Positions 17,565-18,619 of a stretch of DNA of 18,619 nucleotides are shown here, piece by piece. Numbering within the stretch: position 1 is the stretch's first letter; each line of letters starts with the position of its first letter. The notes under the pieces were generated by a model, which did not search any database, was not told the DNA's origin, and was given only the letters and a program-made list of their open reading frames with translations. The DNA comes from Desulfobacterales bacterium. GTDB lineage: Bacteria; Desulfobacterota; Desulfobacteria; Desulfobacterales; UBA5616. The position numbers were made by a program, and so were the translations under genes. The stretch is taken from contig JAWODC010000033.1 in NCBI GenBank assembly GCA_046483495.1, positions 1 through 18,619 on the forward strand. The letters are read 5' to 3'.

Positions 17565-17741
17565 ATGTCAGTGGGTGGAATGGCAGTACCTGTGAAAATA
17601 TTTTCGAGAAAATGCCCCAAGTGCGGGTGTTGCCATTTTTACAGAATTCCCCGCAAAGCCTGGATGCATGCATTGCCGTTTTCCAAGTATTATATCTGTT
17701 CGGATTGCCATTGCCGATTTCTTTACCTGGGCCGGTCTTGA
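17565..17741 (+). CDS. Small zinc-ribbon protein (CxxC-x24-CxxC), 53-58 aa; below the ORF-track cutoff
   Basis: Manual translation: MSVGGMAVPVKIFSRKCPKCGCCHFYRIPRKAWMHALPFSKYYICSDCHCRFLYLGRS*. It has CPKC and CSDC knuckles. Alternative ATG 17580. A perfect TTGACA lies upstream at 17446-17451. Confidence 0.7.
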   Translation: MSVGGMAVPVKIFSRKCPKCGCCHFYRIPRKAWMHALPFSKYYICSDCHCRFLYLGRS

Positions 17742-17906
17742 CCGGATAAAAGGCCCTGCAGACCATTTATCCTTCCAAATTTACCGACCTCATGTTTTTC
17801 CCACCCGGTTTCCTTTTTTCATCTGAAACGTTAACATCTGCCTCTTGCGGTTGAATTTTCGATGTGCTAAAGGCATGCGTCAAATCTAAAAAAAGGGGAG
17901 CGGCAA

Positions 17907-18326
17907 ATGGAGGAAAAACCTTTTTCTTTAATCTTCGACTCACAATGCCTAAATGAAATTTTGCCGATATCTGTTGCAGACCGATTTTTTGAAGCGATTT
18001 ACGGGGATGTCTCCGAAGGTGCTTACGACATTCGGCTGGGGTTTGATCGGCATCGAGATAATCGCCTCGAATTTTCTTTTCAATTGATCAAGCGGCCGGA
18101 AAAATGCCTGATATGCAGCTATACCTACGGTCTTCCCAATGTTTTTTCAAAGCATCCCATCATCGATGTAAACGGTATCGTTGAAAAAATCGGCAAGCGG
18201 TTGGGCAGCCGGGCAAAAGTTGATCATTGGAAACTCGGGAAAACCCGATCGGTCAATGAGGAGCTTCACGTCATCCCCCTTACCATCTACCTGAAGGAGG
18301 ATTCTCGACAGCCGCAGAACCCCTAA
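17907..18326 (+). CDS. Conserved hypothetical protein with CxxC motif (Desulfobacterota-type)
   Basis: GGGGAG RBS. Motifs ADRFFEAIYGD..EGAYDI and RPEKCLICSYTYGLPNVFSKHPII resemble a family I recall from sulfate reducers; recall only, not verified. Confidence 0.8.
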   Translation: MEEKPFSLIFDSQCLNEILPISVADRFFEAIYGDVSEGAYDIRLGFDRHRDNRLEFSFQLIKRPEKCLICSYTYGLPNVFSKHPIIDVNGIVEKIGKRLGSRAKVDHWKLGKTRSVNEELHVIPLTIYLKEDSRQPQNP

Positions 18327-18333
18327 AATTTTA

Positions 18334-18362
18334 TTGACACCATTATGGATTTGCTATAGAAA
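18334..18362 (+). promoter_or_regulatory. Putative sigma70 promoter of tRNA-Asn
   Basis: TTGACA at 18334-18339 and TG-c-TATAGA (extended -10-like) at 18352-18360, about 25 nt upstream of the tRNA. The -35/-10 spacing is short (15 bp). Confidence 0.5.
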
Positions 18363-18385
18363 ATCCTTCGTCGTTAAAAAACCGA

Positions 18386-18461
18386 TCCCCAGTAGCTCAG
18401 TCGGTAGAGCAGATGGCTGTTAACCATCGGGTCCGCGGTTCGAGTCCGTGCTGGGGAGCCA
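18386..18461 (+). tRNA. tRNA-Asn (anticodon GTT)
   Basis: 76 nt: acceptor stem TCCCCAG/CTGGGGA, D-arm GCTC...GAGC, anticodon stem GATGG/CCATC with loop CTGTTAA (GTT 18419-18421), T-loop GTTCGAGTC, discriminator G and encoded CCA. Confidence 0.97.
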
Positions 18462-18472
18462 ATAAATTCAAG

Positions 18473-18496
18473 GGGTTATCCAATCGGGGGTAACCC
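18473..18496 (+). terminator. Terminator-like hairpin after tRNA-Asn, apparently cut off before its U-tract
   Basis: GGGTTA (18473-18478) pairs with TAACCC (18491-18496). No poly-T follows; the sequence switches to foreign-looking coding DNA. Confidence 0.45.
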
Positions 18497-18619
18497 TGAG
18501 AACTTCGTCTTGAGCCAGTGGGGTGACAACCGGATGTACAACTACTTCGTGAGCGGTGAGGCCCGAGGCTACGGGTACGCACAGAGCAATCACGAGAAGT
18601 TCCTCGCTGCGGAGGATCC
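18495..18619 (+). other. Internal fragment resembling a haloarchaeal STT3/AglB-like oligosaccharyltransferase C-terminal domain; probable chimeric end
   Basis: Frame reads PENFVLSQWGDNRMYNYFVSGEARGYGYAQSNHEKFLAAED with no in-frame ATG between it and the tRNA. 32 of 39 codons in 18501-18617 end in G/C. Family assignment is from motif recall. Confidence 0.55.

Noticed and set aside
17455..17766. Track ORFs 17455-17766 (-) and 17501-17749 (+)
   Set aside because: They overlap the more convincing zinc-ribbon ORF in other frames and have no motifs.
18397..18582. 61-aa minus-strand ORF
   Set aside because: Overlaps tRNA-Asn antisense and crosses the suspected junction.
18614..18619. Window ends exactly in GGATCC (BamHI site)
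   Set aside because: The left end has no matching site and neither junction contains GATC; cannot be distinguished from chance.
1..18619. CRISPR arrays, transposases, integrases, defence or phage genes
   Set aside because: No regularly spaced repeats or relevant protein motifs seen.

Overview
Bacterial chromosomal segment, most likely from Desulfobacterota/Desulfobacterales (inferred from gene content). Left to right it holds: (i) a MocR/GntR regulator (- strand, no stop in the window, absent from the ORF track) divergent from the PLP-synthase genes pdxS-pdxT; (ii) an uncharacterised, internally duplicated membrane protein; (iii) two tandem CNNM/CorB (DUF21-CBS-CorC) paralogues; (iv) a nucleotide-sugar block (TviB/WbpO-type dehydrogenase, galE, fcl, cysC); (v) a polysaccharide export operon: small secreted Ala-rich repeat protein, outer-membrane beta-barrel, OPX lacking the Wza C-terminal helix, and Wzc; (vi) an unannotated ~58-aa zinc-ribbon ORF, a conserved hypothetical CxxC protein and tRNA-Asn(GTT). 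Both ends of the window switch abruptly into unrelated coding fragments. The first ~92 bp resemble a sodium:solute symporter and the last ~120 bp resemble a haloarchaeal STT3/AglB-like protein, which points to chimeric contig ends. The best candidate for an under-described system is the secreted repeat protein leading the barrel/OPX/Wzc translocon, next to genes suggesting a sulfated polysaccharide. All family assignments are from motif recognition; no database searches were run.
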